Under the pieces are notes generated by a model. That model was given only the letters and a program-made list of their open reading frames with translations. It had not been told where the DNA came from and did no database searches. 64,000 nt of DNA, from NCBI GenBank assembly GCA_937903325.1, contig CALCZR010000056.1, forward strand, positions 451 to 64,450, given 5' to 3'. The position numbers and the translations under genes are program-made. Below are positions 17,131 through 27,209 of this stretch, in pieces. The stretch is from an uncultured Candidatus Saccharibacteria bacterium. Lineage in GTDB: Bacteria; Patescibacteriota; Saccharimonadia; Saccharimonadales; AWTP1-31. How positions within the stretch are numbered: position 1 is the first letter of the stretch; every line of letters starts with the position of its first letter.

Positions 17131-18609
17131 CTATTTCTTACGTCGAGGAAGTGAGAAGCTGAAACGTCGTTTCTTAGCAGTCTCTTCAGTATCAGTAAAG
17201 AAGTCTTCTTGCGTGTACTGGTCGTAGGTGGCCATGAGGGCCCGCGATTCGATCTGTCGAAGCGTCTCGAGGGCTACTGATACCAAGATGAGGATACTGG
17301 TACCACCAAGGCTAATGTTGCTGGTAAGGAACTTCTGGCCAATGATCGGGAGCAGTGCCAGGAGACCAAGGGCTAATGCACCAAACAGTGTTAGACGGTT
17401 CACAACCTTGCCTAAGTACTTTTCAGTCTGTAGACCGGCACGGACGTTATCGATAAAGCCACCCTGCTTCTGGAGGTTCTCAGCAATTTCCTTGGTGTTA
17501 AAGGCGATGTTTGTATAGAAGAACGTAAACATGAACACCAGGAGGAAATAGACCAGTGGGTAGAGATATGGCTCCCAGCCACCTTGCTGGAAGGTCTGTG
17601 CAGTTGGTTGCTGGAACCAGCGAACAAGATTGGTACCAATTTCTTGTAGTCGTGCGCTGCTTGAACCAACCATGATCTGTCCGGCAAAGCTTGGGACACT
17701 CAGGAAGGCTGAGGCAAAGATGATGGGTACCACACCAGCCGTGATGAGTTTTACGGGTAGAACGGTTGTTACGCCGCCGTACGCACGGTTGCCCTGGATA
17801 CGCTTGGCGTAGTTAACAGTGATCTTGCGGGAGGCTTCGTTGAGCTTCACGATCAGCAGCGTAATAGTCGTTACCACGGCTATGATTATTAACGTGTAGA
17901 TAAGTCCCCTCTTGTCGATCGGTAGTTGCTTGCCAAAGACGTTCCATTTCTGGTCTTCGTTAACGACACTGGTAATAAGACTACCAATAGTCTTAGGGAG
18001 AGTGCTCACGATACCGACAGTAATAATAAGAGAGATACCGTTACCAATACTCTGTTCGGTAATAAGTTCACCGAGCCACATCAGGATCATAGAGCCACCA
18101 GTTAGGGCTGCTACCATGAGGACCCACTGCATGAACGAGGTGTTAGCAGTAATGTCCCCAAGGCCACCAATACTAGCGGCTGATTGACGGACAAGATAGA
18201 TAGCACCAATAGACTGCAGAATAGCTAGAGGAAACGCTAGTAGACGGGTGTATTGGTTGATCTTCTTACGTCCAAACTCCCCTTCCTTGTTCAGGGCTTC
18301 AAGGGATGGAATAGCCTTGGTAAGAAGCTGCATGATAATAGAAGCGTTAATGTATGGCCCCATACCAACCAGCATGATTGAGAAGTTAGCCAATGCTCCT
18401 CCGGACAACACATTAATGAAGCTAAACAACTGCGGTGTATTACTAGAACTAAAGATGTTTTCGAGAATCTGCTGCAGTGTCTTAGGATCTGCGAGTGGCA
18501 CCGGAATGTGGGCAAAGATACGGAATACTAATAGCATTCCCAGTACAGCAAGTATGCGCTTACGCATGTCAGCATTTTTCAGTGATGCCCAAATAGTTTT
18601 CCAACTCAT
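17131..18609 (-). CDS. secY: Preprotein translocase subunit SecY
   Basis: 492 aa, 10-TM pattern and sequence typical of SecY. C-terminal basic extension (KKRRFSFSLPRRKK). Confidence 0.95.
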   Translation of the reverse strand: MSWKTIWASLKNADMRKRILAVLGMLLVFRIFAHIPVPLADPKTLQQILENIFSSSNTPQLFSFINVLSGGALANFSIMLVGMGPYINASIIMQLLTKAIPSLEALNKEGEFGRKKINQYTRLLAFPLAILQSIGAIYLVRQSAASIGGLGDITANTSFMQWVLMVAALTGGSMILMWLGELITEQSIGNGISLIITVGIVSTLPKTIGSLITSVVNEDQKWNVFGKQLPIDKRGLIYTLIIIAVVTTITLLIVKLNEASRKITVNYAKRIQGNRAYGGVTTVLPVKLITAGVVPIIFASAFLSVPSFAGQIMVGSSSARLQEIGTNLVRWFQQPTAQTFQQGGWEPYLYPLVYFLLVFMFTFFYTNIAFNTKEIAENLQKQGGFIDNVRAGLQTEKYLGKVVNRLTLFGALALGLLALLPIIGQKFLTSNISLGGTSILILVSVALETLRQIESRALMATYDQYTQEDFFTDTEETAKKRRFSFSLPRRKK

Positions 18610-18682
18610 ATATGTATGTCTCTTTTCTCGAGAATTAGTATAGCAGTATTACAAGGCCTCGTACACTGTAATGATTACACTA

Positions 18683-19861
18683 TTATACGTCGAATTCGAG
18701 TACGGTACCCGTCTTGATATTCGCTTGACTCGTTACGCGAATGCCTGGTTGCTTGACGACCTGGCCTATAGGTCGGACTTCAATTCCATGTGACTGGCCT
18801 GCGGCAACAATTACGTCATGGTCACTTTCCGGGGCGGCAACCACGTAGCCTTGGCCACCATGCCAGGTGGTGTAAAGTTCTTCGTCGGTCATTTGCCGTT
18901 CTTCACCACCTTCTTTTACGTCAGTTACAAACTGTACTTGTTTCTGAATCTGCGGCACTTTGAATGGATTGATAATATCCGCACCGAGCCCAGTAGCACG
19001 AAGCATTCGACCTATCTTTTCTGGCATGCCTCCGCCTGATATGTGTGCCACGCCTCGGATGTCAGCAACCGCTTCACGTCCGATATCGTATCCGCCAGTT
19101 AATGTACGCATGAGTCCTGAGTAGATGGTGGATGGCGTTGCGACAAGTTCACCCAGACTCACTCCATCAAACTGCTCTAACTCCCAACTCTTGCCGTAGG
19201 CGCTCCTCAGCGACTTTCGTACTAAGCTAATTCCGTTACATCGAAAGCCTTCCGGTTCAGCAAATCCATACAACACATCACCTTCATGCACACGTGTTCC
19301 AGTTATAACTCGTTCTTTGTGCACTAAGCCAAATGCATCACCAATCCAGTCCACCGCGAAGCCTCTTGGTCCAGTTAGTCGGTCACCGTGTACGGCGGTC
19401 TCTCCCGTCCAGAGCACAATATCTGCTTGATTTGCCGCATCCCGCAGTCCCCTAAACAACTCATCAATATGCGGAAGAGTGTCATCGTTCAGATTATTAA
19501 CAATAAGGCCATTATTCATCCACACGGCTTGCCCGCCTTCAGTGGGGATATCGTCGACTGCCATTGCCACTAAATCGAATCCGAGTCCATAAAAGTTTCG
19601 AAGTCGTTCATAGAACTCTGGCTTAGTTCCCGTGCCATCGGCACCACCAACACCACTGGTTTCTGGATGACTCCTAATTTCATCAAGCGGCATAACTTTA
19701 GATGCTGCAAGATGTGCATCGGGAGACAATGGCTTCCAGCTTCCACCGGCATTATCCCAAGTCTCACGTGCGTAATTGCCGGCCATCTGCGAAGCAACAT
19801 TACTAGCATCCAAATCAACCCCAGCTTGACGGTATGCAGCCAACCTATCAACTTCTGACAT
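18683..19861 (-). CDS. PurM-superfamily protein (AIR-synthase-like)
   Basis: Start trimmed to ATG 19861, behind AGGAGGG. YRQAGVDLDASN, GGADGTGTKPEF, DLVAMAVDD, GETA and HISGGG align with E. coli PurM motifs (YKDAGVDIDAGN, GTDGVGTK, DLVAMCVND, GETAEM, HLTGGG). Confidence 0.7.
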   Translation of the reverse strand: MSEVDRLAAYRQAGVDLDASNVASQMAGNYARETWDNAGGSWKPLSPDAHLAASKVMPLDEIRSHPETSGVGGADGTGTKPEFYERLRNFYGLGFDLVAMAVDDIPTEGGQAVWMNNGLIVNNLNDDTLPHIDELFRGLRDAANQADIVLWTGETAVHGDRLTGPRGFAVDWIGDAFGLVHKERVITGTRVHEGDVLYGFAEPEGFRCNGISLVRKSLRSAYGKSWELEQFDGVSLGELVATPSTIYSGLMRTLTGGYDIGREAVADIRGVAHISGGGMPEKIGRMLRATGLGADIINPFKVPQIQKQVQFVTDVKEGGEERQMTDEELYTTWHGGQGYVVAAPESDHDVIVAAGQSHGIEVRPIGQVVKQPGIRVTSQANIKTGTVLEFDV

Positions 19862-19914
19862 AAACCCTCCTAATGTTTTGTAGTATTGTGCCTGGTCGTA
19901 GCACAAACGGCAAG

Positions 19915-19948
19915 CATAAGAAAAACCCACTACGATTGTAGTGGGTTG
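19915..19948 (-). terminator. Rho-independent terminator directly after rplO
   Basis: On the minus strand: acccactac-aatc-gtagtgggt followed by ttttcttat. Confidence 0.75.
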
Positions 19949-19968
19949 AATCTTGTCAGTAACGAGTA

Positions 19969-20442
19969 TTACTTATCGGCTTTTTTGGTGCTGGTCTTTG
20001 GACGACCTTGTTGAGGGATAGCAGTAAAGCTACCACCAGCTTTTTCAACTGCTGCAACAGCAGTCGCGCTAGCACCTTGCAAACTTACAGCATGCTTCTT
20101 AGTGACGTCACCCTTTACAACAAGCTTTACTTGTACGAATGGGTTGCTCACGAGACCTGCTTCTGCAAGAGCTGCGTTGTCTACCTTGGCGCCAAGAGCG
20201 TCAAGTTGACCAGTGTATACGTTCTCAATTGTAGCTCGGTGAGATGTAAAACCTCGGAGCTTTGGAAAACGCTGTGTCAGTGGGTTTTGTCCACCTTCGA
20301 AACCAGCACGGGCACTATAGCCGGTACGTGATTTCTGACCCTTAGTACCACGTCCAGCGGTTTTACCCTGACCAGCTGCGATACCACGACCAACACGCTT
20401 AGCGGATTTGTTGCTTGAAATGTTTAGTTCGTTGTAACTCAT
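19969..20442 (-). CDS. rplO: 50S ribosomal protein L15 (uL15)
   Basis: KRVGRGIAAGQGKTAGRGTKGQKSRTG is typical of L15. Confidence 0.95.
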   Translation of the reverse strand: MSYNELNISSNKSAKRVGRGIAAGQGKTAGRGTKGQKSRTGYSARAGFEGGQNPLTQRFPKLRGFTSHRATIENVYTGQLDALGAKVDNAALAEAGLVSNPFVQVKLVVKGDVTKKHAVSLQGASATAVAAVEKAGGSFTAIPQQGRPKTSTKKADK

Positions 20443-21173
20443 TATTTAGCCTCACTTTTCTTCTCAGAAGTCTTAGCTGGCTTGGTTGCTGTTTTCTTTG
20501 CCGCAGGCTTTTCAGCCTTAGCTTCAGTTTCTGTTGCTGGTGCAACTTTTTTAGCAACTTTTTTAGCTTCTGACTTTGCAACAGCGCTGTTGGTGATCCA
20601 GTTCTTAGCTGGTTCCATACTCTGAAGAGCGGCGAGGGTTGCGTAAGCAGTGTTAGTCTTGTTGGTTGAACCAAGTGACTTGCTGAGGGCGTTCTTGACA
20701 CCAGCAACTTCGAGGACGGTTCGTACCACACCACCAGCTATAAGGCCGGTACCAGCACTTGCTGGCTTAATAAGGATGTTTGCGCCACCAACCTTAGCGG
20801 TTGATTCGTGCGGCAATGTTCCCTTGTAGAGGTGTACGGTTACCATGTTCTTTTTAGCAACGTCCATAGCCTTGGCTACAGCGCTGGTAACGTCAGCACC
20901 CTTGGCTGAACCGATACCGATTTTGTTCTTACGGTCACCAACGACAGCAAGTGCGCGGAAACGGAAACGTCGTCCGCCCTTTACTACACGAGCAACACGG
21001 TCGATGTTAACAATACGTTCGTCGAATTGCTTCTCTTCTGGGTTCTGGTCGCGAGCTGGACGTCGGCCATTGTTGCCGCCGCGCTGCTGGTTGCGGTCAC
21101 CAGGACGTTGTGGTGCGTTGGTGTTTGCGCCAGGTGCTTGAGCCTGTGGGGTTGTAGGTTGTGCGTCTGCCAT
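20442..21173 (-). CDS. rpsE: 30S ribosomal protein S5 (uS5) with N- and C-terminal low-complexity extensions
   Basis: Start trimmed to ATG 21173, 1 nt after the rplR stop. The core RVARVVKGGRRFRFRALAVVGD is typical of S5. The C-terminal tail is K/A/E-rich. The stop overlaps the rplO start (TAATG). Confidence 0.9.
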   Translation of the reverse strand: MADAQPTTPQAQAPGANTNAPQRPGDRNQQRGGNNGRRPARDQNPEEKQFDERIVNIDRVARVVKGGRRFRFRALAVVGDRKNKIGIGSAKGADVTSAVAKAMDVAKKNMVTVHLYKGTLPHESTAKVGGANILIKPASAGTGLIAGGVVRTVLEVAGVKNALSKSLGSTNKTNTAYATLAALQSMEPAKNWITNSAVAKSEAKKVAKKVAPATETEAKAEKPAAKKTATKPAKTSEKKSEAK

Positions 21174-21174
21174 G

Positions 21175-21528
21175 TTAGAACTCCAATCCATTCTTTCGAG
21201 CACTATCTGCAAGCGCCTGTACGCGACCGTGGTACAGTCGACCATTGCGGTCAAATACTATCTTGGTAATCTTAGCTGCTTTAGCTTTCTTAGCGATTTG
21301 TTCGCCGATAACTTCAGCTTTTTCGGTCATAGTACCGGTAAGTTTATTACCGTTAGTGGTAACGTGAGCGAGTGTCTTGTGCGTTTCATCATTGATGATC
21401 TGCGCAGAAATATGACGGTTGCTAACGTGTACGCTGAGACGGGGTCGTTCTGCAGTACCGATAACGGTAGATCGAACACGGCCTTTACGTTGTTTCAGGT
21501 TCTGGATTTTCTTAGTGAGACGATTCAT
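21175..21528 (-). CDS. rplR: 50S ribosomal protein L18 (uL18)
   Basis: RPRLSVHVSNRHISAQIIND...FDRNGRLYHGRVQALADSARKNGLEF is typical of L18. Confidence 0.95.
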   Translation of the reverse strand: MNRLTKKIQNLKQRKGRVRSTVIGTAERPRLSVHVSNRHISAQIINDETHKTLAHVTTNGNKLTGTMTEKAEVIGEQIAKKAKAAKITKIVFDRNGRLYHGRVQALADSARKNGLEF

Positions 21529-22067
21529 TATTTGTCCTTACCACTCTTACCAGACTTACGGATAATACGTTCGTCTGCATACTTGATACCTTTGCCCTTA
21601 TATGGCTCAGGCTTCTTTAGTGCTCGGATTTCAGCGGCTACTTGACCAACTTGCTGACGGCTAATACCACTTACCGTGATATTTGTACCTTCAATAGTGG
21701 TTGTAATACCGGCAGGTACCTTGTAGATAACATCATGGCTAAAACCAAGATTTAACTTCAGGTCAGTACCTTGCTGTGCTACACGGAAACCAACACCGTT
21801 GATTTCTAGTTGCTTGCTAAAACCTTTGCTTACTCCATCAACCATGTTGTTGAGTAATGCTCGCATGAGACCATGCTTTGCACGAATTTTTGGTTCGTCG
21901 TTAGCTCGAGTGACCACAATCTGCTCGCCCTCTTGCGTGACCGTAATGTCAGGCATAGTGAACTGGCTTAGTGTGCCTTTCGAGCCGGAAACAGTGATCG
22001 CATCATCTGCGATAGTGACGGAAACGCCACTGGGAACTGTGATCGGTGATTTACCTACGCGGCTCAT
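21528..22067 (-). CDS. rplF: 50S ribosomal protein L6 (uL6)
   Basis: MSRVGKSPITVPSGVSVT...PEPYKGKGIKY is typical of L6. Confidence 0.95.
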   Translation of the reverse strand: MSRVGKSPITVPSGVSVTIADDAITVSGSKGTLSQFTMPDITVTQEGEQIVVTRANDEPKIRAKHGLMRALLNNMVDGVSKGFSKQLEINGVGFRVAQQGTDLKLNLGFSHDVIYKVPAGITTTIEGTNITVSGISRQQVGQVAAEIRALKKPEPYKGKGIKYADERIIRKSGKSGKDK

Positions 22068-22101
22068 ATTTTATCCTTTTCTCTTATCTCTCTTTAATCT
22101 T

Positions 22102-22503
22102 CTAGTAAACTCGACAAATTAATTCACCACCAACACCAGCTGACTTAGCTTGTTTGCCAGTCATAAGGCCTTGTGAGGTGCTGACGATAACGATACCACG
22201 ACCGCTTTTAACAGATGGGATATCTTTAGCAGCGACGTAGTAACGACGACCAGGAGTACTGAGACGCTTGATCTCGGTAATACGGGCGTTACTGTTCTCG
22301 CCATTAATGGTGACATGCAGTGTTTTACCGATGCTGGCATCAGTAACACTTACACGGTCGATGAAATTGTTTTCCTGTAGCAGACTTGCGACAGCTTCCT
22401 TAACTTTACTGTGAGGAAGCAGTACTTCAGTCTTCCGTACGGCGATTGCGTTACGGATGCGACTAAGCATATCTGCGATTGGATCGGTTGAAGTGGTGCT
22501 CAT
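22102..22503 (-). CDS. rpsH: 30S ribosomal protein S8 (uS8)
   Basis: DPIADMLSRIRNA...GGELICRVY is typical of S8. Confidence 0.95.
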   Translation of the reverse strand: MSTTSTDPIADMLSRIRNAIAVRKTEVLLPHSKVKEAVASLLQENNFIDRVSVTDASIGKTLHVTINGENSNARITEIKRLSTPGRRYYVAAKDIPSVKSGRGIVIVSTSQGLMTGKQAKSAGVGGELICRVY

Positions 22504-22504
22504 A

Positions 22505-22774
22505 TTACCAGCTCGCTTTCGTTACGCCAGGGATTTCGCCCTTGCTTGCATGTTCTCGGAATGACAAACGGCTGAGGCCGAAGGTTCGCATGTAGGCATG
22601 AGGCCGACCGGTCTCAATACAGCGGTTCTTATGTCGGGTTGGAGATGAGTTACGTGGCAACAGGTGGAGACCTTCGAGGTCACCCATCTTCTTTAGCTCA
22701 GCACGCTTTGCAGCATACTTAGCGATCATTCGGTCGCGCTTCTTGTCGCGTGCAATGTTAGATTTACGTGCCAT
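22505..22774 (-). CDS. rpsN: 30S ribosomal protein S14 (uS14), long cysteine-free form
   Basis: 89 aa. [26 protein letters not shown]...W is typical of S14. No CxxC pairs. Confidence 0.9.
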   Translation of the reverse strand: MARKSNIARDKKRDRMIAKYAAKRAELKKMGDLEGLHLLPRNSSPTRHKNRCIETGRPHAYMRTFGLSRLSFREHASKGEIPGVTKASW

Positions 22775-23388
22775 TAATTCTTCTCCTTCTTCTCGAATGG
22801 CATGCCCAGCTTGGTTAAGAGGGCCTTCGAATGTTCCTTATCACGTGCGCTGACCACAAATACGATTTGGAGGCCATGTGCTGTAGTAGTTTCTTCAAAT
22901 GTGAGTTCTGGGAATACTGACTGGTCAGTGAGACCGATGCTGTAGTTACCAGACTTATCAAATGCACCAGCCTTAACACCGTGGAAGTCACGAAGTCGAG
23001 GTAGTACGATGTTGATCAGACGATCAGCAAATTCGTACATTTGGTTACCGCGAAGTGTTACTTTGATACCAATCTTGTTACCTTCACGCAGCTTAAAGCC
23101 GGCGATAGAGTTCTTAGCAATGGTCTCAACGGGTTCTTGTGCAGTGATCTTACGAACCGTGTTCTTAGCAGTCTCGATGATCTTTTTGTCATCCTTGGCT
23201 TTACCAAGACCAACGTTTACCACAATCTTCTCGAGTCGAGGAACCTGGTGTGGGTTCTTAAGTTCAAGCTCTTTTTGTAGCTCAGCGGCAAATTTGCTGT
23301 TGTACTCGGATTTCAGTCGAGCTACATATGCATCGCTAGTCTTAGCTTTTGCTGCTGACTTTGGTGCGGTTTTTTCTGCTGTAGCCAT
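22774..23388 (-). CDS. rplE: 50S ribosomal protein L5 (uL5)
   Basis: The core is typical of L5 ([13 protein letters not shown]...RDFHGV...GNYSIGL). Confidence 0.95.
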   Translation of the reverse strand: MATAEKTAPKSAAKAKTSDAYVARLKSEYNSKFAAELQKELELKNPHQVPRLEKIVVNVGLGKAKDDKKIIETAKNTVRKITAQEPVETIAKNSIAGFKLREGNKIGIKVTLRGNQMYEFADRLINIVLPRLRDFHGVKAGAFDKSGNYSIGLTDQSVFPELTFEETTTAHGLQIVFVVSARDKEHSKALLTKLGMPFEKKEKN

Positions 23389-23738
23389 TACTTAATCTCC
23401 TTTCCAGAACCTGCAAATACGCGGGTCTTCTTGCCGTCCTTATCTACTTTGTAGGCAACGCGAGCAGCTTTCTTAGTAGATGGATCCACGATACCAACCT
23501 TAGAAACATCGATTGGCTTAGTGATGTCAATGATGCCACCTTGTGGGTACTGCTTGTTAGGCTTCATAGCCTTCTTAACAATGTTGATACCTTCAACGGT
23601 AACCTTGTTGAGAGTTGGGTGTGTAGCAACAACTTTGCCAGTCTTACCCTTGTATTTACCAGCTCGCACCATAACAAGATCGTCCTTCTTGAGGCGAATC
23701 TTGAATACAGTCTTAACGGTAGATTTTGTCTTGTTCAT
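23388..23738 (-). CDS. rplX: 50S ribosomal protein L24 (uL24)
   Basis: KOW motif LKKDDLVMVRAGKYKGKTGKV. Confidence 0.95.
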   Translation of the reverse strand: MNKTKSTVKTVFKIRLKKDDLVMVRAGKYKGKTGKVVATHPTLNKVTVEGINIVKKAMKPNKQYPQGGIIDITKPIDVSKVGIVDPSTKKAARVAYKVDKDGKKTRVFAGSGKEIK

Positions 23739-24106
23739 TATAGGACCTCCGGTGCGAGGGAAATAATCTTAGCGTATCCAAGGTCACGTAGTTCGCGTGG
23801 AACGGGGCCAAAGATACGAGTTGCTTTTGGCAACTTGTCGTCACCAATGATAACGGCAGCGTTGTCGTCGAAGCGAATAGTTGAACCATCCTTACGCTTG
23901 ATAGCATTGGTGGTACGAACGATTACAGCACGAACAACTGACTTCTTCTTAACGGTACCTTGTGGGTTTGCCTGCTTAACAGTAGCTACGATAACGTCGC
24001 CAACATGGGCGTAGCGTCGACGTGTACCGCCAAGTACGCGGATACAAAGGATTTCTTTAGCGCCGCTGTTGTCGCAAACGCCGAGTCGGGATTCTTGTTG
24101 GATCAT
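23738..24106 (-). CDS. rplN: 50S ribosomal protein L14 (uL14)
   Basis: [27 protein letters not shown] is typical of L14. Confidence 0.97.
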   Translation of the reverse strand: MIQQESRLGVCDNSGAKEILCIRVLGGTRRRYAHVGDVIVATVKQANPQGTVKKKSVVRAVIVRTTNAIKRKDGSTIRFDDNAAVIIGDDKLPKATRIFGPVPRELRDLGYAKIISLAPEVL

Positions 24107-24426
24107 TAGGCCTCTCCCTTGACTTTCTTCTCTTCCTCAATTGCAGGTTCTGCAGTGATAGCTTCAACCGTTTGGTCTTGGCTAATAGCTGCACGTTCTA
24201 CAATCTTGGTGAGCGTGTGGTGCTTACGAGCGCTAAGTGGACGAGTCTCAGTAATGATGACAGTGTCACCAGGATGAGCTTCGTTCTTCTCGTCGTGAGC
24301 CATGAATTTCTTGCTGGTTGTATATGCTTTGCGATACAAAGGATGATTCTTATGAGTCGCAACAGACACAACAATGGTCTTGTCGGTCTTGTCAGACACG
24401 ACAACGCCGGTAAGTGATTTAGCCAT
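24106..24426 (-). CDS. rpsQ: 30S ribosomal protein S17 (uS17)
   Basis: [18 protein letters not shown]...HPLYRK..K.MAHDE is typical of S17. Confidence 0.95.
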   Translation of the reverse strand: MAKSLTGVVVSDKTDKTIVVSVATHKNHPLYRKAYTTSKKFMAHDEKNEAHPGDTVIITETRPLSARKHHTLTKIVERAAISQDQTVEAITAEPAIEEEKKVKGEA

Positions 24427-24626
24427 TATGCGTTCTCCTTTGCTAATTGTTCGCTGAGCACGGTAAGCATGCGAGCGAGATCTTTTCGCTTAGCACGGAT
24501 CTGTCGAACATTGGTTGCCTCGCCCATGTGGACGCGACGTCGCAGTTCAGCGATCTCTTCCCGAAGCCGGGTAGCTTCGGTAGCCAGCTCTGCTGTTGAA
24601 TATTTACGGATATCAATTATCTTCAT
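24426..24626 (-). CDS. rpmC: 50S ribosomal protein L29 (uL29)
   Basis: 66 aa helical protein. [31 protein letters not shown] is typical of L29. Confidence 0.9.
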   Translation of the reverse strand: MKIIDIRKYSTAELATEATRLREEIAELRRRVHMGEATNVRQIRAKRKDLARMLTVLSEQLAKENA

Positions 24627-24628
24627 AG

Positions 24629-25042
24629 TTATGCCTCATCCTTCACCAAGAACTTAGTCTTGATAGGTAGCTTGTGGCTAGCCAAACGCATAGCTTCACG
24701 AGCGATTTCTTCGCTGACACCCTGCATTTCAAACAGGATGGTGCCAGGCTTAACCTTGGCTACGAAGAATTCAGGGTTACCCTTACCGCTACCCATTTTT
24801 ACGTCCTGTGGCTTACGAGTCACGGGAGTATGTGGGAAGATGCGGATCCAGATTTTACCACCACGCTTGATGTAACGAGTCATCGCTTGACGACTAGCTT
24901 CGATCTGGCGGCTGGTAATACGTTCAGTGCCTTGACTCTGGAGAGCAAAGTCACCGAAAGCAATGTAATTGCCTTTGGTAGCAACACCGGTAATTCGGCC
25001 TTTGCGTACCTTGCGGAACTTAGTTCGTTTTGGAAGTAACAT
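24629..25042 (-). CDS. rplP: 50S ribosomal protein L16 (uL16)
   Basis: Start trimmed to ATG 25042 ([11 protein letters not shown]), overlapping the rpsC stop (TAATG). Confidence 0.95.
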   Translation of the reverse strand: MLLPKRTKFRKVRKGRITGVATKGNYIAFGDFALQSQGTERITSRQIEASRQAMTRYIKRGGKIWIRIFPHTPVTRKPQDVKMGSGKGNPEFFVAKVKPGTILFEMQGVSEEIAREAMRLASHKLPIKTKFLVKDEA

Positions 25043-25671
25043 TAAACTGCCTCCCCTTTGTAGATCCAAACCTTAACACCGATAATACCGGCTGGAGTTT
25101 GGGCACCTACGTGTGCGTAATCGATGTCAGCGCGAAGGGTGTGAAGTGGAACACTGCCCTGTACTTCTTTTTCGCGTCGACTCATTTCAGCGCCATTTAG
25201 TCGGCCGGCAACTTCAACGCGGATACCCTTGGCACCAGCACGCATTGTTGCAGCAGCAGTTGACTTAACGGCACGGCGGAATGAAATACGTCGTTCGATT
25301 TGGTGAGCAATGTTTTCAGCAACAAGCTTAGCATGTAGCTCAGGCTTCTTAACTTCCTCGATGTTTACACGAGTCTGTGCCTGGTAGATATTCTCGATAG
25401 CAGCCTTAAGCTCCTGTGCCCCAACGCCACCGCGTCCGATAACTACACCAGCCTTAGCGGTATAGATAGTAACGGTTACGAGGTTTGGAGATCGTTCGAT
25501 GTCTACCTTGTTAATAGCAGCACGACTTCCGAGCTTCTTCTGGATCATCTTGCGGACACTGAGGTCTTTTGCAAGATAGGTTGCATAGTCACGCTTGCTT
25601 GCAAACCATTTGCTGCGCCAGTCTTTATTGACCTGGAGACGCATTGAAATTGGATTTACTTTCTGTCCCAT
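25042..25671 (-). CDS. rpsC: 30S ribosomal protein S3 (uS3)
   Basis: [24 protein letters not shown] is typical of S3. Confidence 0.97.
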   Translation of the reverse strand: MGQKVNPISMRLQVNKDWRSKWFASKRDYATYLAKDLSVRKMIQKKLGSRAAINKVDIERSPNLVTVTIYTAKAGVVIGRGGVGAQELKAAIENIYQAQTRVNIEEVKKPELHAKLVAENIAHQIERRISFRRAVKSTAAATMRAGAKGIRVEVAGRLNGAEMSRREKEVQGSVPLHTLRADIDYAHVGAQTPAGIIGVKVWIYKGEAV

Positions 25672-26069
25672 TACTTGCTCTCCTTCTTATCTGCTGGCTT
25701 AACAGCTTTTTCAGTAGCAGCTTTCTTAGGTGCGCGAACTTCACCGTCGACAACAACACGAATGTGGCTGGTACGACGTTGGAATGGAAGTGCACGACCT
25801 TGAGCTGCAGGACGGAATCGCTTAATACGAACGCCTGGGGTAACGCTGATCTGAGTAATAACCAAAGTTTCTGGCTTGTAATTGTGGTTGTGATCAGCAT
25901 TTGCCTTAGCAGACTCAATAGCTTTACGAACAGGAATAGCAGATGCACGAGGCACGTGAGCGAGGATGGTAAGGGCATCTTCTACGGTGCGGCCACGGAC
26001 CAATGCAGCAACAACACCTACTTTACGTGGGCTCATGTTTACGCCTTTAGCGAGAGCTTGAACTGGCAT
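25671..26069 (-). CDS. rplV: 50S ribosomal protein L22 (uL22)
   Basis: The sequence MSPRKVGVVAALVRGRTVEDALTIL is typical of L22. Confidence 0.95.
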   Translation of the reverse strand: MPVQALAKGVNMSPRKVGVVAALVRGRTVEDALTILAHVPRASAIPVRKAIESAKANADHNHNYKPETLVITQISVTPGVRIKRFRPAAQGRALPFQRRTSHIRVVVDGEVRAPKKAATEKAVKPADKKESK

Positions 26070-26344
26070 TACTTCTTACCTTTCGCGAGCTTACCGCCAT
26101 GAGAGCGGAACTTACGAGTTGGTGAGAACTCGCCGAGCTTGTGGCCTACCATGTTTTCAGTAACGAAAACAGGTACGTGAACCTTGCCGTTGTGCACAGC
26201 AATGGTCTTGCCTACGAAGTCTGGTGAAATCGTAGAGGCTCGAGCCCAGGTCTTGATAATGGTTCGGTCTTCATTACCCAAAGCTGCAACTTTCTTTGCA
26301 AGCTTAGGATCGATGAATGGTCCTTTTTTGAGTGATCGACTCAT
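26069..26344 (-). CDS. rpsS: 30S ribosomal protein S19 (uS19)
   Basis: [15 protein letters not shown]...[22 protein letters not shown] is typical of S19. Confidence 0.97.
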   Translation of the reverse strand: MSRSLKKGPFIDPKLAKKVAALGNEDRTIIKTWARASTISPDFVGKTIAVHNGKVHVPVFVTENMVGHKLGEFSPTRKFRSHGGKLAKGKK

Positions 26345-26354
26345 ATCTTATCCC

Positions 26355-27209
26355 TTACTTTCTCTTCGCCGCATGTCGGCTTCTTACAATAAACTTATTG
26401 GTGCTCTTGCGAGTACGGGTCTTGTAGCCCAATGTCTTCTGACCCCAAGGAGTCTTCGGAGCGCTACCGTGGTTCTTACCACCACCAACACCGTGTCGTC
26501 CACCGTCACCACCACCGTGAGGGTGATCTGCGGCGTTCATAACAACACCACGAACAGATGGGCGGAAGCCCTTATGCCTGGAACGACCGGCCTTACCAAT
26601 CTTAATGTTCTGGTGCTGTTCGTTACCAACACGACCAATACTTGCCATACATTCCATAAGGAACAGACGAACTTCGCCAGAAGGCATACGTACTTGTGCG
26701 TAGTCACCTTCCTTAGCCATAAGTTGAGCACTTGCACCAGCAGAACGCACCATTTGTGCGCCACCGCCGGGCTGAATCTCAATACCGTAGATAGTGCTAC
26801 CAACAGGAATGTTCCGAATCTGCAGTCGGTTACCAACTTCTACGGGAGCTTCTTCACCACTGGCTACAGTCTGACCAACCTTCATGCCTTTAGCAGCAAG
26901 GATATAGTGGTACGTTCCATCATGTTCCTTGATACGTGCAATACGGGCACTTCGGTTTGGATCGTATTCAATAGCTTCGATTTCAGCGGTCTTACCAGCT
27001 GCTAGCTTGAAGTTAACCAGTCGGTAGAAACTCTTTGCGCCACCACCGCGGTGACGAGTCGTAATACGACCCTGGTTGTTTCGACCAGCCATACGCTTCT
27101 GTCGAACAAGTAGTGATTTGATTGGCTTCTTAGCCGTAATCTCACTATTGTCCTGGCTGGTCATGCCACGTCGGCCAGGAGTTGTTGGGTTATATTGCTG
27201 AATAGCCAT
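26355..27209 (-). CDS. rplB: 50S ribosomal protein L2 (uL2)
   Basis: RGVVMNAADHPHGGGDG is typical of L2. Confidence 0.97.
   Translation of the reverse strand: MAIQQYNPTTPGRRGMTSQDNSEITAKKPIKSLLVRQKRMAGRNNQGRITTRHRGGGAKSFYRLVNFKLAAGKTAEIEAIEYDPNRSARIARIKEHDGTYHYILAAKGMKVGQTVASGEEAPVEVGNRLQIRNIPVGSTIYGIEIQPGGGAQMVRSAGASAQLMAKEGDYAQVRMPSGEVRLFLMECMASIGRVGNEQHQNIKIGKAGRSRHKGFRPSVRGVVMNAADHPHGGGDGGRHGVGGGKNHGSAPKTPWGQKTLGYKTRTRKSTNKFIVRSRHAAKRK

Noticed and set aside
20442-21254. Long 270-aa version of rpsE, with similar 5'-extended versions of rplC, rplP, rpsJ, tig, the Nudix genes and the PurM-like gene
   Set aside because: The extensions overlap upstream genes or tRNAs and lack family similarity. 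Internal ATGs placed right after the upstream stop or behind an SD restore canonical N-termini.
26184-27005. 273-aa + strand ORF
   Set aside because: It lies entirely antisense to rplB and rpsS, whose translations are unmistakable. Its own product is low-complexity T/S/L/N-rich. It is a typical shadow ORF.
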